Of a DNA stretch of 64,000 nt, positions 26,001 through 38,296 are shown piece after piece. Under the pieces are notes generated by a model. That model worked only from the letters and a program-made list of their open reading frames with translations, did not search any database and was not told the origin of the DNA. The position numbers and the translations under genes were made by a program. Numbering within the stretch: the first letter of the stretch is position 1; every line of letters begins with the position of its first letter. Source of the DNA: Pecten maximus (lineage: Eukaryota); assembly GCF_902652985.1 (NCBI RefSeq), contig NC_047033.1, forward strand, positions 19,902,001 to 19,966,000, given 5' to 3'.

Positions 26001-29000
26001 GCTGTTCTAATAATTGACTCCTCCCACTGTGTCCGACTTTTATATGATTTTTTTTTATTTACAAAGAAAAAATATTGTAATCACAAAGACTTATAGAAAC
26101 AACATCCGTAAGTGTAAATATAGGGATTGGATTTTACTTTTATGTTAACCATGCTTTGATGGAGCAATTCCTCTAAGAATATATTCTAAATGGGGCGCGC
26201 TATGTAGATATTTATTTGTGTTTCAAATTCAACTTTGTTTACCTATGTCGATGACCCTTTAAATGAAAACGCGTGAAGCATGGTAGCAAAGGCAAGGTGA
26301 TAAGATGATATTGAATCAATTTATTATATTATATTATATTATATTATATTATATTAAATGTATTTAGAAAACATTTTATTAACTCAATTAAGAGAGTATA
26401 TCGAGGATTTTGTAAGTTTAATTGAGAAAGTACATTTGTAAATCTAATTACAGATTTTAATCGGCATATTAGTAGGATGGGGGCTGTCGGCCATTTTGAC
26501 GATAACAGGAACATTGACGGACGATCCAGATAATTATCAATACATGGCCCGTACTGATGCACGGTCGGGGATCATCGCTACAGCAACCTGGTTCAAAATG
26601 CCTTACCCAAGTTAGTATCTCTGATGAGATAATTAACACTGGTATTTCGTAAGTTTACCCAAAGGGTTCAGCAAAAAGAAGTGTGATTTAGGAATGATAA
26701 TATGATTTCACTGTCATTTAATTAACAGAATTAAATTAGGTCAGCAAGTCGGCGTAACTTAAAAACAAATACGTGATGGCAGGTATTTGAAAAAAAGTAT
26801 TTCAGAGGTGGTGTTGGCAGTTGAATACACGATAGTTTAGAAAATCTTCAATGGTTATTAGTTCTATATTTATCTACACTCTCTCCTCATCCATTTTATT
26901 AGACTTGTTTTTTTTTTATTAATATGTACATTTTCGAACAGTGAAATATATAAAATTAAGAGTATGAGTCCGAAAAATGTTCAGCAGAAAATAAATGTAT
27001 ATATGAAACATCAAGGCCTATTTGATGAGGATTTAGAAGAATTTGACCGAGAAATTCCCCATCATTGTCACTGTCAATACTGGACAACTAGTATGTAACA
27101 TTGAAGAAACATAATAATTGTTTAATAGAGAGAAAATTCACATTAGGAAGGAATGATACAGATATTTTGACTGCTTCTAGACCAGTTCGGGGCGCCTTCT
27201 TTTAATGCTGGTATTTTCATCGCTTTCCTCATTGCCACGGTAACCTCAATTTTGGACTCGATTGGAGATTACTACGCATGTGCGAGAGTTTGTAACGTAC
27301 CACCTCCACCACGGCATGCCGTTAACCGAGGAATTGCCGTCGAAGGGTTTGGTAGTATACTTTCTGGGATGTTTGGTTGTGGTCACGCAACGACCACTTC
27401 CGGAGGAAACATTGGGGCGTTGGGTGTTACTAGGGTAAATATTTTTTTCTTTGATATCATAAACATGAAACAATATCAATGTCAGTGTAGATAATTCGGA
27501 ATAAATATTTGTCTCGGCTACGCCAAACATGTGTTGTTACAGTTACATTAAGTTAGATATCAAAATGGACATCTTAAAACAACATTCATTAACAGAATAT
27601 CACCGAGATGTAATATCCAGATCCATTCTCAACATCGGAGGCATACGTCATATTAAGATGACTTTTGTTTATTTTTCAGTATGAAAGATTCAATATTCAA
27701 ACATATTTATTAAACATTGTATAAAGCTTTATTTAAAAAAGTCCATAATGACGAAGTAGGGCAGAGGGGACATACTTATGAAGAACATTTATAATACAAG
27801 TTATAATATTTGCAATATGAAATATAATATCTATAATATAAGTTATAATATTTGTAATATAATGTTTAATAGATATAGTATAAGTTATAATATTTACAAT
27901 ATAAAATATAGTATCTATAATATAAGATATAGTATTTTTAATATATTCATAACTGCAGGTAGCGAGTAGAGACGTGTTTTGGTGGGTGTCCATTATATAC
28001 ATGGTGTTTGGACTCGTTGGGAAGGTCTCGGCAGTCTTCATTAGTATTCCAGTACCTGTCTTAGGTGGTGCCATGATAATAATGTTCGGGATGTTAAACG
28101 GTATCGTCCTCTCTAACCTACAAGTAGTATCGCTGTCCTCGACCCGGAACCTAGCGATCATTGGAACAGGTCTACTTGTAGGTCTGATGATCCCGTACTG
28201 GGTAGAGGCATTTCCGGACGATGTTGATACAGGTATCACAATAAACGTGCAATATTCATCCTTGCCAGATCAGTCCAAATTTATTCAATATGAAACCAAA
28301 TATTCAAGGATAAAATCGAATATCGAAGTCGCTTTTGATCTTAACCGACGAGAGAGAAGTATTTTTATAACATCATAACCTGTCTTAAACGCCAAAACTG
28401 CTTTAAATACCTTAATTATATGTAACAGAGCGCATGATTAATTAAATTTAAATCACTGCCTCCGCTAGGAATCGAACCCGGGACCTCTGGCTTACTAGTC
28501 TTATGCTCAACCGATCGAGCTAAAGAGAAGATCTCTCTAGCCGAGCGGTATATTGCGGCTAGTATTTACCAGGGTTACATACTCCCCCTCCAGGAAAGAA
28601 CTCGTCCTCGAGTTTCCAGGAGTAACAGCGATGCTTGTGGAGCAATCCTGAGTATTTTCCCCGGGTCCCTACATGGGCGCCAATGTAACAGAGCGCATGA
28701 TTAATTAAATTTAAATCACTGCCTCCGCTAGGAATCGAACCCGGGACCTCTGGCTTACTAGTCTTATGCTCAACCGATCGAGCTAAAGAGAAGATCTCTC
28801 TAGCCGAGCGGTATATGGCGACTAGTATTTACCAGGGTTACATATATTAGTCCGTACTTTGCAATGACCACATCAGTCTGTACTTTGCAATAAATCGGCG
28901 AAAGTTCCGGACTGTCACAGGGAGACTGAACAAAAACATACCGCAGCCTCCAAAAACACACATACGAAATCCTCACACGCATGCAAGTCGCACACACTGT

Positions 29001-32000
29001 CCTTAAATTGCCATAGCTGTTGGTATGACGTTATCAATAATAAACCAAACCAAACAAAAGCTATGAAAAATTTAGTTATAAAAATACTTTGGTAAATCTG
29101 TGTGATAGCTTTCCGTTCATTTCTCTGTCTGTCTGTGACCATCTGTTTATCGGTTTATAGTTACTGTTCCATGTTGCCTTTGTTTCCAGGAAATTCCTAT
29201 TATAACAACATTTTGAAAACCCTACTTGTCAATCCGAGCCTGTCTGGAGGACTTATCGCTTGTTTCCTTGACAACACCGTACCAGGTAGGCTATCAACAC
29301 AATGTGAAAAAAGGATCTTCTGCCAACAGATAATGAGGATGTACAATGTTTAAATTGGTCAAATTTTAATTTTTACTCATAGTATAGTAGGTCCCCGTCG
29401 TTACTTCAGTCTTATCGTTGTAAAAGACGGTTTACGTTTATTTGTTTTACGGGCTTAATGTCCTCGAAATAACCAGGGTCATATGAGGAGGGCAGTCACT
29501 GAGACACCCTGAGAAGGAAAACAAAGAACAGAAAATTGATCAGTGAGGAACGAAAGGAAACATTTAAGATCCCTAGCATTACAATAGGAGCAGAAGACTT
29601 AGTATGGTCTCTTCAATGTCCCCTAGTTAGAAGACACGGGGAAAATTCCGGACTGTTCAGGTGCCCACATTGAGTCGCCTCAAGAACAACATGGTTGGTT
29701 ACAGAGTGCTCTCTGTTTGGGCTCATTGCAATGTCCCATAATCAGGAGACAAAAGAGAAACCATTTTTACGAAATGGAGTGACATGCAGCCAGCATATTT
29801 ATTCCACGCTACTACACATGTTAGGGCAGTTGCCTTCACCTACCATCAAAATTTTACTCTGGATAAAAATTTTAAATTTTATTTTCAGCGATTGTCTACG
29901 CCATGAAGAGTTAAAATTTGAACGAAAAAAAAAATAGTCAAATAGATTATTTTTTTCAAAAAAAGACCGAAATATGCTCAAATATGACCCTATCGGAAAA
30001 ATACTAAGAAAAATTCTATACAAAAAGAAAATAACAGTCTTTCTTAATTCCAAATAAGTGTTTTTATTCATTCATAGCGAGATTCACAATCGGGAAATCA
30101 ACAAAACAGAAAAGTCTACAAAAATAATAGTGTGAGCTTCTTTTGGAAGGCTCCATTTTCAAATCTAAACCTAACTTTTAAATTCAAACGTTAGGGCCAT
30201 ATTTCCAATATCGCTTCTTCACCCTAAACGCGAAGAAGCGAAAATACGATGGCGAAGGAGCGAAGTTCAATCGCTCATTCGCCATCGGGCGAAAACATCG
30301 CTCCTTCGCCACCGTGTTTTCGCTCCATTGCTTCGCTCCTTCGCGTATAGGTCAAAGGAGCAATATTGGAAATTTGGCCCTAACGGAACACCATAACTTC
30401 TGTTTATAACCAGACATAACATGATTAGAACAATACTGTACTGTATAGTAGCTATACAGGTTTAATTACATATTTAAGCTTACTGATTATTCTACTGTGT
30501 ATCAGGGCTAATATAGGGAAAATAATAAGAGACAATTAACAGTCCAGTGTCTTGGTTATAGCTCTGTCTACAGTTAAATAGTTACTCTAATCAGTACATG
30601 GCCATTGGCATTAAAATGAATTGGTTTCTGTTAATGTCTTCACAATTTTTTCACATTTGTGTTGCCGTACGTTTTGTGTAAAATTTAAATTATAAAATAC
30701 ATCAACTAAAAGTTAGGCAAAGTCGTGAATGTCCGGTAGCTAAAGTTGTCAAACGTATAGGGATTCGTTGGAACCTTGCTAAAACGACTCATGCTGATTA
30801 CGGAATTAGATCTAATATAATCATTTAATTGTTAAATAAAACTGGCTAGATAATCATTACCAAGCTGAACAACAAAAGTATACGTCCTTAATGTGCTTCG
30901 TTGTTAAGCCAATAGTAACATTTACATGTTTTTTTCTCTTCCTCATTTAGCTGCTAACAATGCTTATCTCCGTTCAGGACGCATTTTCGTTGTAATATTC
31001 AGATTATGTATATATTCTTCTCAAAAGTAGAATAAGCCTTTAGATAGACATTTTCCATAAAATATTGTTCGATCAAAGTAGCCTATGCAAAAAACCGCCG
31101 GGAATTTCCAGGAGTCGAACAGTGGACACCGGCACCACCATATACTAATCACTACAAATAGTTCATTGATGTGTCGTCTGCTCTTCTGCTATATATCGGC
31201 GGTCGGCAAACATCGCGAATTCTCGCGAGCTTGATACAAAAAGTTGAGCATAGGAACAATTATTCTTGATAGTTCCACTAAAGAAAAAAATTTTTTTTGA
31301 AGGAGCACGCGCAGGTGAAGGCACCCATCTTAAAACGCTTTATATCGACATTCGCTGCCCTATAGGTATGGTTAGGGATTGTACCTCCTGTCTCCATTGC
31401 ATGATCGTAATATGCGACTAAATTTTGGATCTATGTTTTCTCTTCTTTGTAACAAATTTATTCCTTCCAATATCTCCTTTGACACTGCCTTACCTTTAAC
31501 CACTGTGAGAACAGTTTTGGGTTCTGTCCCTCGGCCGAGACATATCAGAGTCTATGAAATTGGCAGTTGCCACTCCTACTTTACACTTAGCTTTGGGATT
31601 GGGACGACTACTTCGCAAATTGTCGGTATAGCATGACCAGGTTGGGTGTTCTGCTTGGTGTCTTTGACAGTATGCTTCAGTGATCATCAGATCCACGCTA
31701 GGACAAGGAGACAAACGCATATGTAACGCAGCCACTCAAAACACACATAAACAAAACGCATATCTTTCGAACACAGGGGAAGGCCGTCCTTAATAGGGCT
31801 GTCGGTTTTCTTTTATTTCAGTAAGGTTCCTGGAATTGTAATCTTTGTAGTTCATAACTTATACACATGTTGAAAAATCTATCATCGTATCATGGGCAAT
31901 CTTATTCTTTGCTTCATTATATCATGACTTGCAAATATTTCAGTCTCCATTTAAACTAATTTGCCAGCGCAAACCCAAATCTTGTTTATTGCATATGTAT

Positions 32001-32869
32001 CTATCTTAAGTTCTGATAATTTGACTAGAATCATCAAACCATAACTTTCCGCCCACGATGTCCATTGTCACACAACATCGGTTTAAATGTGTAAAGTGTG
32101 TACATTGTGTGTTTAGTATTTGGCCCCATGTTTTGAATCCACTATCGTTCGTAAAGCTAAATATAAATTAGAGACAGCAAAATACTTGGGTTTTTTTTTT
32201 TTGTAATTTATTACAGACCTTGCCTCAAGGCTGAAGTACAACCCTTAGACTTTGCGATTGTAGCAAAATGCTTATCATACTGTCGCTTTGAAATTCAGAG
32301 AATAAAAGAATTTTAAATGCACTGTTTTAACTACGTTGGTACTTGACCCAAATGCGTGAAAGTTGTAAATCCTAACTACACCCTCATTTTCCTACATTGC
32401 GCCACGCGGAGAGTACACGTGTTCTCAGATAGGGAGAATGCATACGGAACAGTTTGATTGTAAAGAACGACATTGCAAGTGCATTTAGTATCCAATGTTT
32501 TTAGTTCATTACCGATGTTATTTGATCGCATCAGAAATTTTCATTTTATATCAGTTTTTGACATTACTTGAAAAACTGCTCAGCACAATAACGACATATG
32601 CAACATGGAGTCCTGATGTTGTAATCGTCAACTGCTTGATGTAGTATCTAAAATGATTTTCTTGTATATTTAAAGGTACACTGGACGAACGGGGTATTAC
32701 GGCATGGCAGGACCCTAAAAAGGGAGCCCAAGTCCATCAATACAGTGAGGGACTAGAGGTGTACAACCCTCTTATACCAAAGGGCTGGATGAAGTGGAAG
32801 ATCATGAAGTACATCCCGATTTGTTTATACACGAGTTCAGGTTTCAACACTAATGGCCGCGTGGTATAA
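20078..32869 (+). CDS. SLC23-family (NCS2/NAT, SVCT-like) nucleobase/ascorbate transporter, 606 aa, 11 coding exons
   Basis: Exons 20078-20260, 20568-20725, 21217-21305, 22003-22115, 23178-23359, 24495-24615, 26454-26610, 27181-27434, 27959-28232, 29190-29285 and 32676-32869 are all GT-AG with consistent phases (1821 nt). Family motifs: LGIRLPVFQG, LLRFVGPMTIVPT, ARTDAR..WFKMPYP.QFG.P, DSIGDYYACAR, PPPPRHAVNRGI..EG, NIGALGVTRVASR, IPVPVLGG, LSSTRNLAIIG, FLDNTVPGTLDERGI. Confidence 0.93.
20828..21239 (+). repeat. ~50-bp minisatellite made of the SLC23 intron-2 splice acceptor plus the first ~23 nt of exon 3 (~8-9 copies)
   Basis: Unit CCACGTATATTTTCCATTACTAG|ATTACCGGTGTTCCAAGGCTCCTTTTAA. The last copy continues into exon 3. 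Confidence 0.92.
21452..21535. repeat. Imperfect ~84-bp hairpin flanked by an ATATTCAC direct repeat
   Basis: caatctgattaaaatctagatggtcatt..cactac / gtagtg..aatggccatctagattttaattagattg. Confidence 0.75.
22370..22692. repeat. Degenerate AT-rich ~45-50-bp tandem repeat
   Basis: Recurring atatggctatacaagtatat...aatg(c/t)cattgtgata blocks. Confidence 0.7.
23466..23558. repeat. 45-bp tandem duplication
   Basis: ttgagactcacatt.agtcgcctcccgccatcatgcaacagcatc, two copies. Confidence 0.9.
27785..27950. repeat. Degenerate 21-bp AT-rich tandem repeat abutting the exon-9 acceptor
   Basis: atatttataatataagttata-like units. Confidence 0.75.
28421..28842 (-). mobile_element. TRIM (miniature non-autonomous LTR retrotransposon) with a tRNA-Thr-derived sequence in each LTR (Helenus-like)
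   Basis: 159-bp LTRs TGTAAC...GTTACA at 28421-28579 and 28684-28842 (2 mismatches), with a 104-bp interior. The minus strand has a PBS TGGCGCCCATGTAGGG next to the 5' LTR and a PPT GGAGGGGGAG before the 3' LTR. 4-bp TSD TATA. Each LTR contains TAGCTCGATCGG (A box), a CTAGTAA anticodon loop and GGTTCGATTCC (B box). Confidence 0.92.
28850..29056 (+). mobile_element. SINE 3' fragment, same family as 49445-49977
   Basis: ataaatcggcgaaagttccgg...taccgcagcctccaaaaacacacatacg...aataaaccaaaccaaa is the reverse complement of the 49445-49620 tail. Confidence 0.75.
30189..30395. mobile_element. Palindromic MITE relic with GGAGCGAA sub-repeats (IS3EU-like CCATA end)
   Basis: Arms cgttagggccatatttccaatatcgct / agcaatattggaaatttggccctaacg, then gaacaccata. 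The left terminus is truncated. Confidence 0.6.
31356..31803 (+). mobile_element. Near full-length diverged SINE, same family as 49445-49977
   Basis: Begins ctgccc..aggta..ttgtacct..ccattgcatgatcgtaa..gcgactaaatttt and is collinear with the reverse complement of 49445-49977. Confidence 0.8.
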
Positions 32870-33891
32870 ACTGCAAGGAAACTGATGTATAGCATAGAGA
32901 AATATTAGATATTCACAGAAATATCTTTAGTTTTTGCTGTTCATTTCTTCACATTTGGTTTTTTCTTATATCGACATTACATCTTGGTATAAGGTATAGG
33001 AATTTACCAATGCACTTTCTTTTGCAAAGACTGAAGATACCAAATCAAGAACCATGAAGCGTATCAAACAAGGATTTGACCGTGTCAGTATTCTTAATTA
33101 TCTGCACTATTACTCTTCTCTGGGATAAATCGACATAATTAAATCGGCAACATAATGATATAACTTCGATTTGCGCTTACTACAGCCTCCCAAAAACACA
33201 CGCTACTAATTATATACACATGCATTTTGCAGACGGCTTGGCCGTCCTTAAATTACGACAGCTGTTGGTATGACGTGAAAGGATAATAATGAAAAGGTAT
33301 ACCATAGGCAATGGCTCGAGAGTTTGCTTTTATGTAGTCAGAAGCAACTGAACATACACTAAAAATGTCATATTTCAATGCAATTTTATTCCTTTTAACT
33401 TTCTCAGGGAAAGAAGCGTAGCGTCGAAAGTTCATAATAGTTTTCCAATAAACTAACAACTGTAATTATCTCTTGCAAGAAAAAGATCTACATTGAAATT
33501 GTTTGTAAACGACATTTAAACAGTTACAAAATTTAAGAAACATCTACCACTATAGAAATATTGCTGTATGATTTCAGGAATATGTTGGCCTCCAAAGAAT
33601 CGGTGATGACCCTGTCTTCTATTTAGGATATCAAAATGCAACTGTATTTCTCTTATTTTTTCTTCTTCCTAACGTCCTCCCTGGGGAATGCTTTGGTTAT
33701 GTTCCTTGGCCAAAAATTTCGACGCACATTTAACGCTGAGCATTTAAGGAAAGGAACGACTGGTCTGCGCGTTGTCAGTATAATTAACCAGGTTTGGTAT
33801 CTTGGACGGCGTCTTCGGCGGAAAAAGGAGACAAGCCCGAACAATGCCGCCTGAAAGGCGAATAAACTTGAAATCGTATCACTCAACATGA

Positions 33892-34430
33892 TACCAGGAT
33901 TGATTGCTATGTTGTGAGCCTCGTATTGAATAAAATACTCAAGGATGTTCTTTTTAACTAAGTTTTTTTACTATATACGGTCTCGTTTGGTTATATAACA
34001 TCGACGAAATAGCACTCTAAAGTTAACAAGACAATTGACTTTTGCAAAATAGAAAAACTCGGTTAGGATTAGGGCTAGGATGAAAGAATCTGTCCTTGTC
34101 GTGGCTGTCATTCACGATTGTGGCTTTAGACTCATTGGGTATCCGCCTTATTCACCTGATCTCACTCCATCAGACTTTTATCTATTTCAAAACTGAAAAC
34201 AACTATTTCAGGCAACCACATTCATTCCGATGATGACGTCATACATACAGTGGATGACTGTCTGAACAGCCAAGGAAATGAGTTCTATAAAAGTAGCATT
34301 GAGGCCCTTAAACACCGCTGACAAAAGTGTATAGATACTGAAGGGAATTACGTAGAAAAATAATTCAATATGGCCGGCAAAATTTAAATACTTCAATATG
34401 AGGCTCACAACATATCAATCAGCCCTCGTA
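33892..34430 (+). mobile_element. Internally deleted mariner transposon relic
   Basis: ~38-bp imperfect TIRs (..tgattgctatgttgtgagcctcgtattgaa / ttcaatatgaggctcacaacatatcaatcagccctcgTA). The residual C-terminal transposase reads YPPYSPDLTPSDFYLF...SDDDVIH...KCIDTEGNYVEK* (~34100-34363). Confidence 0.88.
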
Positions 34431-37400
34431 GTTAATCATGGAATGAGACCATAAACACTGACATGTTACCAGAGCCAACACATCGTGAGTTATAATGGGA
34501 ATATAAAAAAGGAAATATTTAAAATTATAAAAAATATATAAAAAGGGAAACATAGTTTGAAATGATAACTTTGACTGTGGTTAGTCATGCCATGTGATAC
34601 ATACCATGTCTTTGTCAATAGTTTTGAATGTAATTTCGGTACAACAAATGTAATGGCTACGCACTAAATATAGACGTATGAGAACCTTATAATGTTCAAT
34701 ATTAGATGAAAAAACTTTGCTAGAATTGTTCAGTGCATTTGCAATGGAATTTAAATGTACCTTATAGGTTACGACAAACCAAGCTCACGTGCTAATTTCC
34801 ACCAGCATTGTCTACAAATTGAATTACATCTGAAGTATTGGTGTGTTTTTCATTCTGTTATATTTACGCTTTATTCATCAATAACCAAACTTATATCAAT
34901 GCCCTTTTTTGACCAAGATCTAGATGCGTAAGGAGATAGTATGTGTTAGGAAACCAGTTAATTAGGAGTTTAGCCAGATGCTTATCAGGTATTCGTTGTC
35001 TGCTTACATATAATCTGTAAAGCGAATTTCTCATAAAATAAATTTTCATGGTGTTCATTTTAAGTAACGTTACGTCAGGTTAGCATGATACGGCTTTGAA
35101 CCGAAATGATTATGAATACAAATGTAAAAAACGATGTGAAGTCACGTCTGACTGTCACCTAGTCAGCACAGTTTCGTTCATAGAATAATGAATCGAAATG
35201 AGTATGAATACTATGAAAGGCCGTTCATGTCAAAAGCGAGATACATTTAACGCGTTAAGCTTTAACGCGTTAAACATAACATTTAACGCGTTAAAACTAG
35301 TTTAAACGCGTTAAGGCTTAACGCGTAAAGCTTTAACGCGTTAAAGCATAACGCGGTAAATGTAAACATTTAACGCGTTAAATGTAGATGTCATTTAACG
35401 CGTTAAAGACAGTATCTTAACGCGTTAAACTTGATCAGATTAACCAATCAGTTGTACCCATGCATCAGCAGGGAAGCGAGAAAATGGAGGCTTCAAGAAG
35501 GGAGGTTCGCTCGGTGGTACAAGAATGCCTTGGGGCTGTGGACGATGTTATCAGTGGACAAGTATAAACTATTTGACAATGGTTATTTGTCCAAAAAATG
35601 AAGAGTCAACGTATGACTACGCATGAATCCCAATGTCGGCGTTGGGTTTGTTTTGGTCTGAAGATGTTTTTTATTATTATTAAAGAATGAAGTGTAGTAA
35701 GGGGCGATAACGGAGTTATCGTTCCTTACGGAACGTAATGTATTACGAGCTAATTCGCCTATTTTGCCGGATATAATAGCGATTTGAGGACAGAAAAATT
35801 GGCTCATACAATTCGGTTGATACTTTGAACGATTGTAAAACTCGGCTCGATCTAGGTCTGGATGTATCTGGTATTCCTGTGGGAAATCGTATTTATGAGA
35901 TATTTTGGGTCAAACATGCCAAAATCGTCATTTTGACCGGTAGCTTCTGTTTAACCGGTCCTTAAAAATCAGCGCTTTAATGAAAAATTCTGAAACTCAA
36001 AACATAACAAGTAGAGAGGATTCTAAAGAAAATGGAATCTTTAGTTTTTCTATATCTTTAATAGAACGGCCACAATAGGGTTTTGAAAAAGGGTCGTATT
36101 TTATCGAGAGTTGGCGGATGTTACGTCACCAGTGACGTAACCAAGTATGTGTGGAATGTAGTGTATTGAAGGACGGAACGTTATGTACATGCGGCTAATT
36201 CAGACCACTTTGCCGGAGCTAACTGAAAAGCGACTCTATACATTTTGATAAAACTTTCCACACTTATAAAACTCGGTGTGATCTACATGTATGTCCAGGC
36301 ATATCCCGTATATCTGGGAATAATCTAGTTATGGAGATATTTTGGGTACAAACACGCCAAAATCGACACTTTGACTGCTGGTTTAAGTTATTTTTCTCTG
36401 TCGTGTCCGTGATGCAACAGTTTCCGCTTAGGTCACACGGGTACTGCACTGGGGAACCCCCGCCTGGGGAATTCCCGCCTTTTTACACCAGAATCCTACG
36501 TCATTCTATTTTCAGTAACAGTGTGTATTTGTGATTTTCTAAATCTCAACACACTACTATTTATCCTCGTATCATATATAAAGTACCCGTTTCATGTGTT
36601 ACATGTATTTACTCGGGGAAAGCAGCTACAAACCAGAGAAACGCATTCTCCAAAGGGACTTGGATCAGGTGAAACACAAGCTGATTGGCCGGTCGTGTTG
36701 CGCAAGTCGTTAACACACTTTTGGGTGTAGATTTGACCTCTACCCCTGACCCGGATGTATACAATCGGTATTTGTTGACATATGTTGACAGATATCTCCT
36801 GATAATGTCCAACATTCTGTGTTGAACTTTTATATTTTGTTTCTCAGATGTTGGTCTTGACCAGGTGAAATAGAAAGTTGTAAATGCAATTTTGGGAATT
36901 TATTATGAATTTTAATATTACAATGAAACATATAGCGAAGCTAATTGTGAACTCGGTCCCAATATATGATGTTATAACCAGAAGTGATGTTTAGGATTTT
37001 GTGTACACTTGTGGAATTGTTTTTTTAGTATTAATACTCAAGAGGTATTTTAAACTTAGTAATAGAAATACTTTATTAATTTTAAAATATAATGAATGGC
37101 AGTATAAGCAACGAAATTCATTAATTATTTAATATTCTACCATGTTTGCTATGCAACAACAGTTTTGATTGGTTAAAAACCATGATTATTTTCCAGTAAT
37201 ACACGCACGTGTCAATAATAGACATTTGTGAGTCACGGCTGTTACAATGTTATGTATCTAATATTCACCCAATAAGTAATACGGTTACTGTAGCCGAGTG
37301 GACTAATGGTTAGACTTCTTCAATTTTTTATCAAGACGCGAGTTCGAATCCTACGAAGGCCTATTTTTTTTTATCCTTTTTTTTTTAATTTTCAAAATCA

Positions 37401-37519
37401 ATGCCATATGATAGATGTTTTTGATTGTAGTACTGTAGTGCCTGTAAAGAAATACAAATGTATATATTTTATCAACAAAATAATGCAATACTCAAGAAAT
37501 AAATTACAAGGTTTTTCCG

Positions 37520-37626
37520 GGGTTTCTTTGCCGTTTTTCTATATAGATCTCAGAACTAAACAGTACATGGTAGGGGTTTCTTTACCGTTTTTCTATATAG
37601 ATCTCAGAACTAAACAGTACATGGTA
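37520..37626. repeat. 54-bp tandem duplication
   Basis: ggggtttcttt.ccgtttttctatatagatctcagaactaaacagtacatggta, two copies. Confidence 0.9.
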
Positions 37627-38084
37627 GAATAGAAATAATCAACTTTGACCTGCGGCCTTCGTTATTAATTTAATTGCAAAATATCCTCGTCCTCGTTGTA
37701 TATCCTGCAACAATACACGAATCATCGTTAATTATTTCTTAACTATCGTGGTAATGAGATCTCAGGATTCCGATGGATAAATTGACGATAGAATATTATA
37801 AAGAATGAAGTGTGGTAACGGAACGTATTCATTTTCGAAGATTTTAGTTATTGTCCAATTGCAATGAAATTTAAATTTGGTATGTAGGTACATCATGGGA
37901 CACTGGTTACTCTTGTATAACCTCACTTAACAATAATCATATTTTACCGAAAAGGTCGCCATTTTCTAGCCTCTGATTGGTCCAAATCCTTTAGATATTG
38001 TTTGATTTCAATGAAATAGGGGTATTATGGGACAGCAAATTAAACTTAATGGGTTTCATTTTCTTGGCAACAACACAGTTTTAC

Positions 38085-38296
38085 TTATTTTTTTAACGTC
38101 CTATAAAATGCCAGGATTATTTAAGGACGTGCTTGGTTTTCGTGGTGGAGGAAAGCTGGAGTACCCGGAGAAAAACCACCGACCTAGAGTCAGAACAAGG
38201 TATCTGCCCCTTGTTTGTTTCGAACTCACAACCCAGAGGTGAAGGGCTAGTGATAAAGTGTCGGGACACCTTAACCACTCGGCTACGGCGGCCCAC
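38085..38296 (-). mobile_element. tRNA-derived V-domain SINE
   Basis: Minus strand: GGGCCGCCGTAGCCGAGTGGTTAAGG (A box), GAGTTCGAAAC (B box), then GGTTTTTCTCCGGGTACTCCAGCTTTCCTCC (V-SINE signature) and a ggacgttaaa tail. Confidence 0.8.

Noticed and set aside
27733-28239. 168-aa minus-strand ORF
   Set aside because: It is the antisense of SLC23 exon 9 plus an AT-rich 21-bp repeat.
28457-28529. Functional tRNA-Thr genes (two copies)
   Set aside because: The acceptor and anticodon stems do not pair, and both copies are parts of the TRIM LTRs.
37287-37345. tRNA gene
   Set aside because: Only A/B-box-like words are present, with no cloverleaf. It lies inside repeat-derived sequence.
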